The notes beneath the pieces are model-generated. The model worked only from the letters and a program-made list of their open reading frames with translations. It was not told where the DNA came from and ran no database searches. A stretch of DNA of 63,429 nucleotides, the filler included, from Welwitschia mirabilis (taxonomy: Eukaryota): NCBI GenBank assembly GCA_051453625.1. It is 5 parts of one record of this genome, joined end to end, with 100 filler letters (N's around TTAATTAATTAA, not from the genome) between each part and the next. Parts side by side here need not be neighbours in the genome. Positions count along the whole stretch, not along the records: positions 22,994 to 49,586 come from JBOZIK010000001.1; positions 49,687 to 58,985 come from JBOZIK010000001.1; 3 more parts are not named here. One strand, 5' to 3'. Below, one piece after another: positions 40,901-54,049 of this stretch. A program made the position numbers and the translations under genes. How positions within the stretch are numbered: the stretch's first letter is position 1; each line of letters begins with the position of its first letter.

Positions 40901-43395
40901 CTTCTCATTCTTCATGTTCTTTATCCTCAGACTTAAGACAGTTTGTTTTAGTAAGGTCATCATACAAAGTTGGTTCATGTAGCATGATTAATCTCTTTTC
41001 TATTGGTTAATGTTGTAAAAATAAGGTTGGTTTTAATTCATCTTTAACACTAAACTCAATACCTATCCCTATATCCTTCTCAGTAGCATTAAATACTTTA
41101 ATGGTAATTTCTTTGTTGTTAAAATGGTATCTCATCATGCCATATCATGTGTCAATAATACAATGGAAAGTTGCATAAAAGTCTCTTTCTAAAAGTAGTG
41201 GATATTCTCCATCATGTTTTATCTCAATTATTACAACATCAATGGGATAAAAAGATTCCTGAATTTGGATAACTATGTCTTTGATATTTTCTAATGGTCT
41301 TTTAATTGAGGTATTAGCTAATTCCAAGATGATAGGTGTAGGTTCAACTCTACTTTCTAACCTAAGTCTTTTACATATGTGAAAAGGCATGATGTATACA
41401 CTTTCACCTATGTCAATCAAAGCTTTTTAAATTCTTTTGTTTCTTTCTAAGGTAACACTTATAGTTGTAGCTTTGGAGTCTTTGAATTTAAGACATTTTT
41501 GCATGACTAAGTTTGAAAGAGATTTGGAAAAAAAACTTTGCTAGGAATAACACATTTTTACTTTCTTTTAACTAAATCTTTGCATGACTTATATTTGGGA
41601 TATTCTTGTAAGAATTTTCAAAAGGAAAGATTTATGTTAACTTCTTACATCAAGAATTTCAGGTGTTCATCAAAGGTAGGATTTGTATTCAATCTATCAA
41701 GCCAAGAAGTGGATAATTTCTTTAATTTGTTTTCCTTTGAATTATTTTTAATGATTTCCTTAACAGGTGATGAGATGGAAGGGTATAAGATTTAAAATTT
41801 CTACATCATCTTCCTCATTTATTTCATTATTTTATTTAGAAGTTAAAACCTCATACGTAGGAGGTATTGTATCCTTTTCACTTCTTGTCATGATTTTTAA
41901 ACATCTCCTAACTTCATTAGGGTTGGACATTGATTAAGATGCAAGAGACCCTTATGGTCTTTGATTAGTAAACATTATTTGTTGAAGCACAATTCTAGGT
42001 TTTTGATGTTATTATTAGTTATTTATTACACTTTTCTTATTTCTTATATGGATTGTCTAAAGGAATCATTCAAATTTTATTGAAAATTAGATTGAAAGTT
42101 GGAATTCTTGAATCTATTTTCAAATGATTTCCACTAAAATTTCCCTCTTGATTTTTATTATAATTGTGATTGGTTTTTAAAGTTATATGTTTTTGGTTAA
42201 AGGCACACACTTCCTCATACATCTTTTCTTTGTAAGTTGGTAACAAAGGACAATCTTCTGTTGGATGAGAGTCATCTTCACAAAGTTCACAAGTTGAAGT
42301 TGAGATTTCATTATTAGTTATCATTTTAGTATATTTCTTCAAAGTAGTAGTAAAATTTTTCATTAGGTTAGTTGAATCCTTCATTTCTTTTTCCTTGTCA
42401 TGCTTCACTTCTTTTAAATCTTTTAGAATTTTTCCTATAGTGCAATTTTCTTTAGTGGGTTTAAGCCAAGTTTGGATTATTTCTACCAAATTTTCTAGAA
42501 CACTCCAAGCATCATTTATGCCTAAATTCAATAAGTTACTTCCATAAAAAAATCTACAAGTTATTTTATTAAAGTATTCATTCCACTATAAAAATAATCT
42601 ATTAGCTCTTCTTTATAAAATTCATTAATAGTGTTGGAATGGCTACTAATTATAAAATGTTTATAGGCTATTGCATAATCCTCATGAGTTTGTTGTTGAA
42701 AGTTGGTTATTTATTTTCTTCTCTTCCTCATAGAAATCTCACCCAAAAATCTTTCAGTAAATACTTCTTGTACTTAACTCTAAGATTTAAGGCTTTTATG
42801 TGGAATGATTTTAAGTTAAATTCTTACTCTTCCTTTAAGGATGACTAGAAAAATAATCATGTAAGTTTAGTCACTAATATGCTTTATTTCATTTCCTAAG
42901 GTAAGGATAAGTTATTCAATATTAGCTGAGTGTTGGAAAGGATCTTTCTCTAGTTCCCTTGAAAAAGTTGGATAAGCACTTAAATTTCTTAATTCTATAT
43001 TATCTCTAAGAGGTAAATCAAAAGAATTTTAAATTTCATTTTTTAATTAGTAATTAAATCCCTAAGAGTAATGTTTGCATTCAAGGAAGAAGTCCCTATT
43101 ATGACTGGGGCATTAGATGAAGTAACTTTCTTTAGATTTTATGATGATTTCAATAAATTTAACATATTTGAAGAAATAATATGATCGATTTCTACACTAT
43201 AATTTTCTTTTGCAAAATCTGATTCTAAAACAAGAAAAGCAGAAAAATCTTCTTTTTTAGTTCTAGGAATTTGAATACTTGAGATGTGTGTACCTGTATT
43301 TAGCTTGAAGTCAAATAATCCTTCTCTAATGTTTTCTTCAATCAGGTTCTATTCTCTCTAAAAATTTTTTGTGCTTACTAGAAATCACCATATCC
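37930..43395 (-). pseudogene. gag-pol: Element B gag-pol (gag with CCHC knuckle, protease, RT, RNase H, integrase), interrupted by stops and frameshifts
   Basis: CELCEDDSHPTEDCP (ORF 42070-42531), IDIGESVYIMP...PLLL (41145-41420), IEIFMDDFSIFGD (~40090-40128), FLGHVKFYQKFI (39696-39944) and DYWGIDFIGP...YILVAMDYVSK (38671-38907). Confidence 0.94.
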
Positions 43396-43920
43396 CAGCA
43401 TACTTACATAACTAATAAAACGTTAAAATAAAAAACAGCAGACCATCATCCTCCTTGTCATGGGGATGATAAGGAGGATGATGGTCACAGTAAAAAAAAT
43501 CTAAAACTACAGAAATTCTAGCAGACCATTATCTAGACTATCATGTAAACAACAGGAAGGATGATAATTAATTTATTTTATGAAAACAAAAATATTGAAA
43601 AAGTAAAAAAATTACAGGACTTTCAATCTTTTGGTCATGCAAACAATAGATAAAATGATAGTTTATTATAAAGAAAAAAAAAGAAAAATTGTTAAAAAAT
43701 AGAAACTAATTTCAAAATCTTAAACTGTCATGTCTTATGTCATCAAGACAATAGAAAAAATAATTGGATTCCTAAGAAAAATTATGGAAAATTAAGTTTA
43801 CAGAAGTAAACCTACTTTAACCTAAGCTAAAAAATACAATACTAATTCAAATAAATATCTTGAATAGAGGATTAAAGGTACTTATTTGGTTAGTAATAAT
43901 TCTCCTAGATCCTTGTGGCC

Positions 43921-43942
43921 TTTCCTAGCAATGGTGCCAAAA
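43921..43942 (-). promoter_or_regulatory. PBS of element B (tRNA-Asp type)
   Basis: Minus strand TTTTGGCACCATTGCTAGGAAA next to the LTR end ...CTACAACA. Confidence 0.85.
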
Positions 43943-45306
43943 TGTTGTAGTGTGAATTTATATAATTTTGAAGTTCTTTAGGTAAATCTATAAATTATAT
44001 AATTTGCAAAAAGCACATGCCAGTATAGACAAGAGTTCATCTAAATATTGTAATTCAATGAAGGTACTAAGCTTAAAGTTAGATAATTGATTTCCCAAAG
44101 TATTTTTAGTCTTTTATATTATAAAAACTATAAGGAAATGAATAAGTAAATGTAATGCAAGATTAATGAATATGAAATGTAATGAATGGAAATGGATTCT
44201 ACTTATATTCTAGTTATTCTATTACAAGGACTACCTTCTCTATAATTTATATCAATTAAGAAGAGTATCCACTAGTTCTTAACCAATAAAAACTATCATA
44301 TCTATCCAAGTAAGATAAGAAATGCAATATGAAATGAAATGGAAATGTAATGTAAATCTACTACTAACCAATATCAATCTTAACAAAGGTTGCCCTTATG
44401 ATTTAAATAAATCATAGATTTGTCATTTAACTATGACTAACTTAAATCATAAGGGACATTCATAGAATTGAAATGACAAGAAGAAATTGTATTAACTTAA
44501 AGACTATTCAGAATATAACATCCACTTACAATTAGAACACTAGCATCTCAATGGAATATACTCAGCCTAACACCAAGAAGTGTCCTTTCTATAGCACTGG
44601 ATGAATCTCTTTTTCTTCAATCCTCCATCACAAGTAAAGGTACAAAAGATGGAGTAGAAATCAAGAAGGAAAAGGATATTTATAGTTTTTCATTTAAGGA
44701 TTTAAAAGAAAACTCTGAAGATAAGAAATAAAAACCCTAATAATTCACATAGGTTATTTAATCTTATTTACAAGGATATTTGTTCTAAACATGTAAAAAT
44801 AGTTGTCATCCTGGCTATCATAAGGATGAAAAGGGGAATGACACCATGTGCTACCTGCCTCCATGTGCCACATGTGATGTTGTTAGCCTTACAATGTTTC
44901 TATCCATATTAGTGATGTCATCATCCTGCATGTCATTGAGATGACATAGGGGATGATGCCATTCTCCATGTGCTCTATGTACTACTACATACTGTTAGCT
45001 CCACAGCCTTTGTCCACATCAGTAATATTGTCATCTTGTCTATCATAGGGATGACTAAGGAAATAAAGATCTTCTTTTTCTCCAATCTCTAAAGTAAGTC
45101 AGGCTTTTATAGCATAAGGTTCTTGTTTCAAATATGCAGTATCAGAATAGGCCCAAGAAACTGCCAAAAAATGCTAAGGATCACATGTTTTACTAATTAT
45201 CCTATCAAATCTTCATAGTCATTAGTATTACATTAAAACCTATGTGAATGTACTGCAAAAGTACTCAAAATACACTATCAAATTCTTACAAATTGGCATC
45301 ATGACA
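43943..45306 (-). repeat. 5' LTR of element B
   Basis: TG...CA termini intact (TGTTGTAG ... CATGACA), followed by ACCAT. Confidence 0.95.
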
Positions 45307-45311
45307 ACCAT

Positions 45312-45890
45312 AATTTTAGTTTTTCTTTTAATTTAATGGTAAAGATAATCATGTAAATATGATTACTAATTTATTTTTAACCATTTCCAAAAGTAAGCAC
45401 TAATTATTTTATGTCGGCTATATGTTGGAGTGGATCTTCATCATTTTTTCTAATAAAAATATAATAAGTGTTTAAATTTCTTAACTCAATAACATCACTA
45501 GGAGGTAGTTCAAAATGATTTTAAATTTTATATGTTTTATTTGTAATTATTTCTTTAAGATTAATATTAAACTTTAGATTTATGGGGGTAGTAGAGGTTT
45601 CAATCATAATAGAGGAATTAGGTGAAGCTACTTGTTTCTATTTTTGCATAAAATTTAAAATTGTAATAAATAATTTTCTTCTAAACTTTCTTTTGAAAAA
45701 TATTTTTTAGAAAAGTTAGATTTAGAAATAATAAATATAAAAATTATTTTTGATTAATTCTTAGAATATTTTGTGTACCTTGGATGTACATACCTAGGTT
45801 TAGTTCCTAATTAATTAAACCTTCTCAAATGTTTTCTTTAATAATAGTTGCTATCTTTGATATTTTTTCTTTTTAATTGAGTTTAGCATG
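45312..45890 (-). pseudogene. gag: 5' part of element C gag
   Basis: Joins 34591 seamlessly across the TSD. Colinear with gag of A (2920-3495) and B (42820-43395), e.g. the shared GATGTACATACCTAGGTTTAG block. Confidence 0.8.
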
Positions 45891-46343
45891 TCCCAACATC
45901 CTCAATTCTATTTCTATAAAATTTATCTCTCTGGTTGTCTAGATGATGTATCTAAATGATAGAAGACATTAAAAAAAATAAAGAAAATGAAAATAAAAAA
46001 TAGAAAAAAATGAAATCTAAAAATAATAAAATAAAAATTGATATGTATTCTCTAAGTTATTTAAATGATAGAGGGGATGATAAGAAAAACTTACTTCTTA
46101 TAAAAATTAAAAATGCTAAGTTTCATAGAACATCATCACCATGCATCATCTGAACAATAAGAGGAATGACATGGCACTATTTTTAAAACATAAATCAGAA
46201 AATGTAGAAAGAAGAAACATATGTTTCTATTGTAAAGATAAAATGCTACTATAGATAAATATCTTAATTAAAATTCAAATTACTTATCTAAGCAACAACA
46301 ATCCTAAAACTTCAAGCATCCTTTCTAGATAAAAGTACTAAGA

Positions 46344-46635
46344 TGTTGTAGTGTATATTTGTGCAAATATTACATTCTTAAAAAAATCCCAAAAATCATC
46401 AAAATATAGATGTTATACAACGTAAGATACTAATATAAATGGGAATAACCCAAATGACATAATTTCATTGAAGGAACATGTGAGCATAAAGAGAATTAAT
46501 TTCAAAAATAAAATACTTATGCAATCTTTAAGTAAAACAATAATAATGTAAAATAATAATGCAAATATATACACTATGTAAATGAAATGCAAGTTCTTTT
46601 CTAAATTCAAGATCTAATTGATTACTAAATTAACC
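46344..46635 (-). repeat. 5' LTR of element C (only ~290 bp visible)
   Basis: Aligns with 24606-24895. Homology stops abruptly at TAACC|TGTTCAGAACCC. Confidence 0.85.
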
Positions 46636-48624
46636 TGTTCAGAACCCATTATCATTGATTAATTTAATGAGTTTTTTGTAAGTTAGTTTTTTTTGTAGGT
46701 CTTTCCTAGCATCGGGTGACTGATGTATAATATCGGGTGACCGAATGATCAAGAACTGTAAACACTACTTTAGAGTTGGGTAACTATAGATTATTATTCC
46801 AAGAAACCAAACTAAGACAACATAATGAATACTAGTTCAAACATGAATAACCATCATTCGCACACGGGCAACTGCATCTCACTCAGTCAAATCAAATCTG
46901 ATAGCAGGATGGGTGACCGAATGTATTACTATGGATGACCGTATCACACTCAGTGAAATAAATCCTGATAGAAAGATGGGCGAACATCACGATTCATATG
47001 GACAACCGTATGATATGTAGTAAGAATCTACTTGATAGAAGTACAGGAAACCGATAGTTTATGAATGGGCGATCTCATGACAATAAGTAGAACATGAAAC
47101 AGATGAATTTCTGCCGACTGCATAAACTAAGATTGTGTAACCGCATTCTACTAGGAATTTGCTTATAAGGTCGACCAGGTAGAAATGGTATGGGTGACCT
47201 AAGTAAGGGCGACCGAGTATTTTCACAAGGAAGACTGAACATGGACCATATCATATACTGAAAATGCAAGAACCCAAGTCGATTGAACATTAGAGCAACT
47301 ACTTTTGCCATTGACCAAATATAACAAAAGGTCGATCATGTGATGAAAAATAGTATCCATTATGATCACAATGGTTACTTAGAAAAGTGTAATAGTTCAT
47401 TATAAAATCGCAATGGTTCCCTTCCTTTTGAGGAAACAGTCTTATGTTACATCTTAAGTATAAAAGATTTCCTCTAAACACTAGAGGATACTGACACTAT
47501 TCTTGTAATAATTAAGATTGAACAAGGATTAATATACTTTCTTCTAGTACATCTGAACATTCTTCAAAAGTTTAGATTACAGTTGTACTTGCATCATTAC
47601 ACTACTTTGAGAAGAAGGTTAGTGTACTTTAGAGAACACATCTGTGCTTTCATACATCCTTCTCTTTATCATTCATTCTTGGTTAAGGATAAGCCACAAA
47701 ATCCTCATTGGTTATGAAAGNNNNNNNNNNNNNNNNNNNNNNNNNNNNNNNNNNNNNNNNNNNNNNNNNNNNNNNNNNNNNNNNNNNNNNNNNNNNNNNN
47801 NNNNNNNNNNNNNNNNNNNNNNNNNNNNNNNNNNNNNNNNNNNNNNNNNNNNNNNNNNNNNNNNNNNNNNNNNNNNNNNNNNNNNNNNNNNNNNNNNNNN
47901 NNNNNNNNNNNNNNNNNNNNNNNNNNNNNNNNNNNNNNNNNNNNNNNNNNNNNNNNNNNNNNNNNNNNNNNNNNNNNNNNNNNNNNNNNNNNNNNNNNNN
48001 NNNNNNNNNNNNNNNNNNNNNNNNNNNNNNNNNNNNNNNNNNNNNNNNNNNNNNNNNNNNNNNNNNNNNNNNNNNNNNNNNNNNNNNNNNNNNNNNNNNN
48101 NNNNNNNNNNNNNNNNNNNNNNNNNNNNNNNNNNNNNNNNNNNNNNNNNNNNNNNNNNNNNNNNNNNNNNNNNNNNNNNNNNNNNNNNNNNNNNNNNNNN
48201 NNNNNNNNNNNNNNNNNNNNNNNNNNNNNNNNNNNNNNNNNNNNNNNNNNNNNNNNNNNNNNNNNNNNNNNNNNNNNNNNNNNNNNNNNNNNNNNNNNNN
48301 NNNNNNNNNNNNNNNNNNNNNNNNNNNNNNNNNNNNNNNNNNNNNNNNNNNNNNNNNNNNNNNNNNNNNNNNNNNNNNNNNNNNNNNNNNNNNNNNNNNN
48401 NNNNNNNNNNNNNNNNNNNNNNNNNNNNNNNNNNNNNNNNNNNNNNNNNNNNNNNNNNNNNNNNNNNNNNNNNNNNNNNNNNNNNNNNNNNNNNNNNNNN
48501 NNNNNNNNNNNNNNNNNNNNNNNNNNNNNNNNNNNNNNNNNNNNNNNNNNNNNNNNNNNNNNNNNNNNNNNNNNNNNNNNNNNNNNNNNNNNNNNNNNNN
48601 NNNNNNNNNNNNNNNNNNNNCAAT

Positions 48625-48636
48625 TGGTATTAGAGC
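48625..48636 (+). promoter_or_regulatory. PBS, initiator tRNA-Met type
   Basis: TGGTATTAGAGC is one transition away from the canonical TGGTATCAGAGC and directly follows CA-AT. Confidence 0.88.
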
Positions 48637-48688
48637 ACGGTTGAGTAATAGATCATAATAGATCTCTACTCCTCTTATACCTAGAAAA

Positions 48689-49567
48689 ATGAGTCAACCC
48701 ACTAAAGGAAATTCTGTCACCAGACCTCTCTTCTTCGATGGAACAAATTATGGTTATTGGAAAACAAAGATGAGAGTATTTATTCAATCCATTATCCTGG
48801 AAATCTAGAAGTCTATTATTAATGGGTATTGTTCTCCTACTATACTTGATCCAGTTATTAAGTTGACAATTCCAAAGAGCAGGGACAAATGGATGCCAAA
48901 CAAGAAATAATCTACAACTTGCAACTTCAAAGAACTAAATGCTATCTTCTGTGCTATAGGTCCAGAAGATTTTAAAAGAGTAATGAACTGCACCACTACT
49001 AAAGAAGAATGGGATATCTTGGAAACCACTAAGAAAAGAACAAATCTTGTAAAGTAGGCTAAGCTTCAAATGCTAATCACCCAATTTGAGGACCTAAAGA
49101 TGGAAGACGATGAAGGTATAAATGATTTCTTTGTAAAACTAACATATATTGTAAATACTATGTGTGGATTAGGTGAATTAATTAAAGAATCAAGAGTAGT
49201 TTCCAAAGCCTTGAGATCTCTGCCAAAAAGGTTTGAATCAAAGGTTACTGCTATAAAAGAAAGCAAGGACCTAAACATCATAAAACTAGATGAACTCCAA
49301 GGGAACCTTCACACTTTTGAGCTAAAATTTGGAAAGAAGAAGAATAAGAATGTGGCATTATCTTCCACATATGAAGTTCCTAAAATCAAAGATGGATCTG
49401 AACTAGAACCCAAAAGTGATGATGAAGTAGCCCTCTTAGCTAGAAGGTTTAGATGCTTCATGCAGAAACAACAAGGTGGAGGTTATTCTAGAAGACCACT
49501 AAGAAGGAAAGATAAAAGACATCATGAAATTCAATACTATTCCTGTAAAGGTTTTGGTCATACTTAA
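48689..49567 (+). pseudogene. gag: Copia (SIRE-like) gag with a few in-frame stops
   Basis: MSQPTKGNSVTRPLFFDGTNYGYWKTKMRVFIQS..., then ...KALRSLPKRFESKVTAIKESKDL...LDELQGNLHTFEL (UBN2-type gag) and a knuckle remnant YYSCKGFGH. Confidence 0.9.
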
Positions 49568-49586
49568 AATGTCTACCCTAATAATA

Positions 49587-49686
49587 NNNNNNNNNNNNNN
49601 NNNNNNNNNNNNNNNNNNNNNNNNNNNNNNTTAATTAATTAANNNNNNNNNNNNNNNNNNNNNNNNNNNNNNNNNNNNNNNNNNNN
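49587..49686. other. Artificial scaffold spacer
   Basis: 44 N + TTAATTAATTAA + 44 N. Confidence 0.97.
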
Positions 49687-49769
49687 AGCGTGTTGTATTT
49701 TGCATCTTATTTATAATTAACAGGATTGAAATTGAAGCATGAAACATTGCACAAATACACACCGCAACA
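49687..49769 (+). repeat. 3' end of an Athila-like LTR related to the C/B LTR termini
   Basis: TTGCACAAATACACACCGCAACA matches the reverse complement of 46344 onward (TTGCACAAATATACACTACAACA). No PBS follows. Confidence 0.65.
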
Positions 49770-50199
49770 AGGTTTGTGACCTAATTAAGGATTGAAAAAG
49801 AAAAGAGTTAAAAACTAATAAGAACTCATTATTTTTTTTTCCTATTTCAATAATTTCTTATTATAGTAGTTTGTTTTTTTTAATTGAGTTTTAAATTTTA
49901 CTATTAAATTTTTTTTAAAAATTTATAGTCTTTTTATAGGTTCCATTTCATGTCATTCTACTATCCTCCTATTTTCTGCTTCTTATTTTCTATGACTTAT
50001 CGTACCAACCATTTTACACAACTATGAAAATAATGTTGTTTTTTTAGAGTTGTTTCACCTTCAAACACTAGTTTTACTAATAGATTTAATTAGTTCCACC
50101 AACCTTACCACATAAGATGACTTCAAACTTTATGAAAATCTTATTTTAGATCCTCTAAACCTTTTCTAAGATTAGAATCCTCCTAAGATCTCATAAATT

Positions 50200-53100
50200 T
50201 GTGAAAATACAATTCTAATAGTAAATTTCATAAACTATTTTCTAAATTTTATATGAGTTAAGAACATGATCCTTTTGGTAGGTTATATGAAATACCTTCT
50301 AAATACCAAATGAATTCAAACATTGAAACTACATCTTTCTATGGGAACTATGAAAATTCCTATAATTTTGCTAATTATATTTAATTTAAAAAAACTATAG
50401 GAGATTACCTTTTAAATTAGCTTTAACCTGAGTAGTTAAGTACCCCATCATCTTGTTAATATCCTCTACCATTTTTCAAGTGGAACCCACCTCATTTTAA
50501 ATTATGTGATTTTTTTGATTCTATGTAAATTATTAGATATTATATTTAATACCTAGAACTTCCTCCATACATAGATTAACCTCTTTATAGTCCTAACATT
50601 TAAGGATCCTTGCTTTGAACAAAAAGAGTATGATCCTATGTTTTTTACAATCCATTATTTCTCTTATTCTCCATTAATAGCAACTTTTAAGAAAACATCT
50701 TAAATATAAAAGTTAAAGTTCTAGGGTTTATGTCAAGCAATAATAGATTAAAAATAGTTATCATAATATCTTACACTCTAGTAACTAGCTCAAAACCTTT
50801 ATTTAATTCATAGGTTTAAATAATAAATTAGTTTGTTTGAGTAGAAGAGTGTTTAATCAATCTTAACAATCATGTCATTAATCACTGATATTTTTAAGTA
50901 TCAAAGCCCATCTAAAGGTATCAAGAATAAGGAATCCTCTTACTTTTTTAATATTATTAACTAATAGGTAGAATGGAATACTTTTTTAATTATTATTTTT
51001 ATATTTTGTGAAAGAAAACCCATATTGTTATTATACATTTATCTATAATTAATTTTAGGGTTACTTTGGTTTAGACATCATAATTTCATAATTTCTATAC
51101 TATATTTTTCCTAGATTTGCTTCACATAGAAAGATATCTTTAACATAGTTGAGGAGATAAAAACTTATTATAAAACATACATGGATAAGTTTAATAATAA
51201 TAATTAATTAATATAATAATAAGTTGTAACCCTCACTAATGGCACTTCAACTTGATATTTGGCCACCTTTTGAATGTGAACTAGTTATATCTCATGTTGT
51301 AAGATATAGAAATATGGTTGGGCTTAACTCCATAGGATTACATGTCAGTTCCATATATCTCTAATATAGGTGATAACTGGTTTGCGATATGGATTCATGC
51401 ATAGAAGTAAACCCTTATTTCTTGAAACATCTCCCAACTATGTAACATGATCCTTTAAATTTAAGGGCTTAGATATTAATTTGAAATAATTTTATACATG
51501 GTTAAGATAGGAGAGTAGTGATGAAAGGCACCCCTGAAATGGTATTATGGAAAAAATTACAATGAAACCTATNNNNNNNNNNAACCTATCATAATAACAA
51601 AATCTAAGTATGGGGATAACCATTATTATGATTATCATGATTTATTCTCATTCGATAAATACACCACATAAATACATGTATACAATTCTATCTAGTATGG
51701 ATATTTAATTTAGTATTTACTTGATTGTAATAATTTTAATGCTCATTGAGTTTATTATATAGAAATAATCATGTAAAAGAGAAACAAACATACTATAACA
51801 TTTTTATATTTTGTATTATAGTAATAGAAATCTAAATAAAGAAAATGTTATTTCTTACTCTTTATAATAATAATAACAACATTCAAAATGTATCAAATCA
51901 TATCTTAAGTATATACTTAAATTAGACTAATCCATACTTAGAGTTATGCTAATTCTAAAAGCATTTTCCTATGCTCAAGAATGGTTATTAAGATATAAAT
52001 ATTTATCCAATACTCATATAACATATTATGTCCACACTTATAAGGCCTAATAATTTTTTTTATTTACTTGAAATTATTACAAAAAATTAAGTTTAGTGAA
52101 GATGACCTTGTAGTTATTTGCTATGTCAAACTATTTTGTTATGAAAATTTAATAAGTTTAAAATTTTTAATTTAAACTATTAATTTCTTTCTTTTAAATT
52201 AAAAATTTAAATTTCTTTTTTCCAATAACTAGGTGTAGAATAAGAGTATTAGAGAAAGCCATTTGGATAACTTTTAAAATGGCATCTCATTAGCTTTACC
52301 TCTATAAATCCTTAAAGCCCTTGAGTCACTATGGTTGTTTTTCTAATTATTATTATTATTAAAGAACTCTTACATCTATTAGGCCTTACAAAACTAGAGG
52401 CAAGGTTTTAACCCTTATAGGCTAAAATTTTGTTGCAAGTATAGGTATGGATTAGGATTTTTTTGTTCTTATTACTATAAATTTTTTAATTCCTATATAT
52501 TTTATCCTTTTTATTAGTATTTTATTATCATTTTAAGCTTGTTATTTACTCTCAAACGTTATCTATGTAATTCACCTATTGAATTTATTCTTTGATAGGC
52601 TTTGTGTCTTTAAGAAATCTTTATCCTTACATATAAACATTTATATCTATCTAAGATGTCTTAAATCTATAAGTCTTAGAGTAATTTTTCTTTGGGCCTT
52701 GAAGTAAAGTTATAAATTTGAAGCCTTACTTGTTAAAAAGAGAACTAAAACTAGATAGGATAACTAGTTATAAACTTTAGATGAAGATCTCTTTATTGGG
52801 ATTCTAGTGCTATGAAAGCAAATTGTCAAAAAGAAAAAGGAAAAACTTACATAAAATAATATATAAATTTTCTCCTAGTTAGGGCACATATTATTTCTGT
52901 CACTACAAATCTTAGGTTTCCTTTAAACCTTTATCTCTTAAGTTGAGTCATATTGAAATCTATGTTATGAATACTTATCACAATGAATTTGATTTTATGG
53001 TTAGGATCTTTAAAGAAAGTTAAGCATTAATAGGTGGTCTTATTAAAAAATTTTAAAGTGTTGTTCTTCATGTTGAAAGTAAGGCCAAGGAATTTAATTA

Positions 53101-53300
53101 TATTAAATATCTTAAATTTTTTAAAATTGTGATAAGGAATTCATCTTTGTAAGCTAAAATATAGAGAATTCTATACTTGTAAAATATTATAAAGATGTTA
53201 TCTTTTTGCAAGTCTATGCTTACAATTTTTTTTAATGAAAATAGTGGTTCAACTTTTCTTTTTACTTACTAAGAATCTTTCTAATTATATATGTAGTTTT
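50200..53300 (+). mobile_element. Very decayed Athila-like internal region (gag/protease remnants and 3' non-coding part)
   Basis: Faint E.DP, K.K.PG and P.GI remnants at 50240-51050. PPT-like TAAGTATGGGGATAA at ~51605. Possible TGAT LTR start at ~53300. Confidence 0.3.
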
Positions 53301-54049
53301 GATATATACCTTTTTAATGGAATAGTACTAAATGAAGTAATAAAAAAAAAGAAGATAAAGAAATAAATAATTAAAAGGAATAACTTAGGGATTTACTAGT
53401 AGTGGAATTGAATAATAGGCTATAGGTTCAAATATGAACATTAAAAAATTAAGTAAATATTTTAAATAATAAGCTAACACACAATTCAAGTGTAGTCTTA
53501 TAAAAGGTAGTTGAAGTAGGTTAAGGATTATGTTTTTGCTTTTCCCTCTTCTTTCTCTCAAGTTCTCTATGACTTTCATCATTAATCTCCCTTTCGAATC
53601 TTTTTTTTTTATCTACTATTTTTTCTCAACAATTATCCTCTTTCTTCCATTCTTCTTCTTCTTTTTTCCTTTTTCTTCTTCTCTTCCTGAACCCTTTCTT
53701 AACCTTGTAGGTGCTTTGAGTACTACTTTTGAAAGTATGTAAACTTTCAAAGGATAAATTTTGAAGGTGTAAACAAGGATGACATTTAGTATTATTGGCC
53801 TTTTTTTTATCCTTGTAGGTATAAGTGTGGACTTGAGCTTTTTTTGCAATAATACTATAGAAATAAAAGAAAATAAGTTGCAGGAATAAGCTTTTCAAAT
53901 TTAAAAATTATTTTCTTTCTTAACTATAAATTTTTAAGATACATTTTATTTTTAGCTTGTAAGTTATTGTTTTATTTTAACCATGTCTATAGGGTTTTAA
54001 AGAATGAGTTGTAAGCTTAAAAAAACCCTTGCTTTTCTTATTATTTTTG

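Larger units (their letters stand above)
34592..45306 (-). mobile_element. Full-length Athila-like LTR retrotransposon, element B (10.7 kb), with 5-bp TSD ACCAT
   Basis: Two colinear LTRs (1362 and 1364 bp). ACCAT at 34587-34591 and 45307-45311. PBS, PPT and all gag-pol domains are in Ty3/gypsy order. Confidence 0.96.
24606..46635 (-). mobile_element. Athila-like element C (older, different LTR family), interrupted by element B and truncated in its 5' LTR by a copia insertion
   Basis: 3' LTR at 24606-25870, PPT at 25871, pol at ~29760-34591, gag resuming at 45312, decayed PBS at ~46321-46343. The 5' LTR starts at 46344 and is homologous to 24606 onward. Confidence 0.88.
46636..49586 (+). mobile_element. 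Ty1/copia SIRE/Maximus-like element (5' LTR with gap, PBS, gag), truncated by a gap
   Basis: Starts TGTTCAG. LTR carries repeated GGGTGACCGA motifs and a TATA box at ~47459. LTR ends CA at 48622, followed by an iMet PBS and a SIRE-type gag. Confidence 0.85.

Noticed and set aside
46710..47340. CRISPR-like repeat/spacer appearance
   Set aside because: Repeats are short, degenerate and irregularly spaced inside a eukaryotic LTR, and there are no cas genes.
47644..48658. Three >300-aa ORFs
   Set aside because: Composed of N-gap codons.
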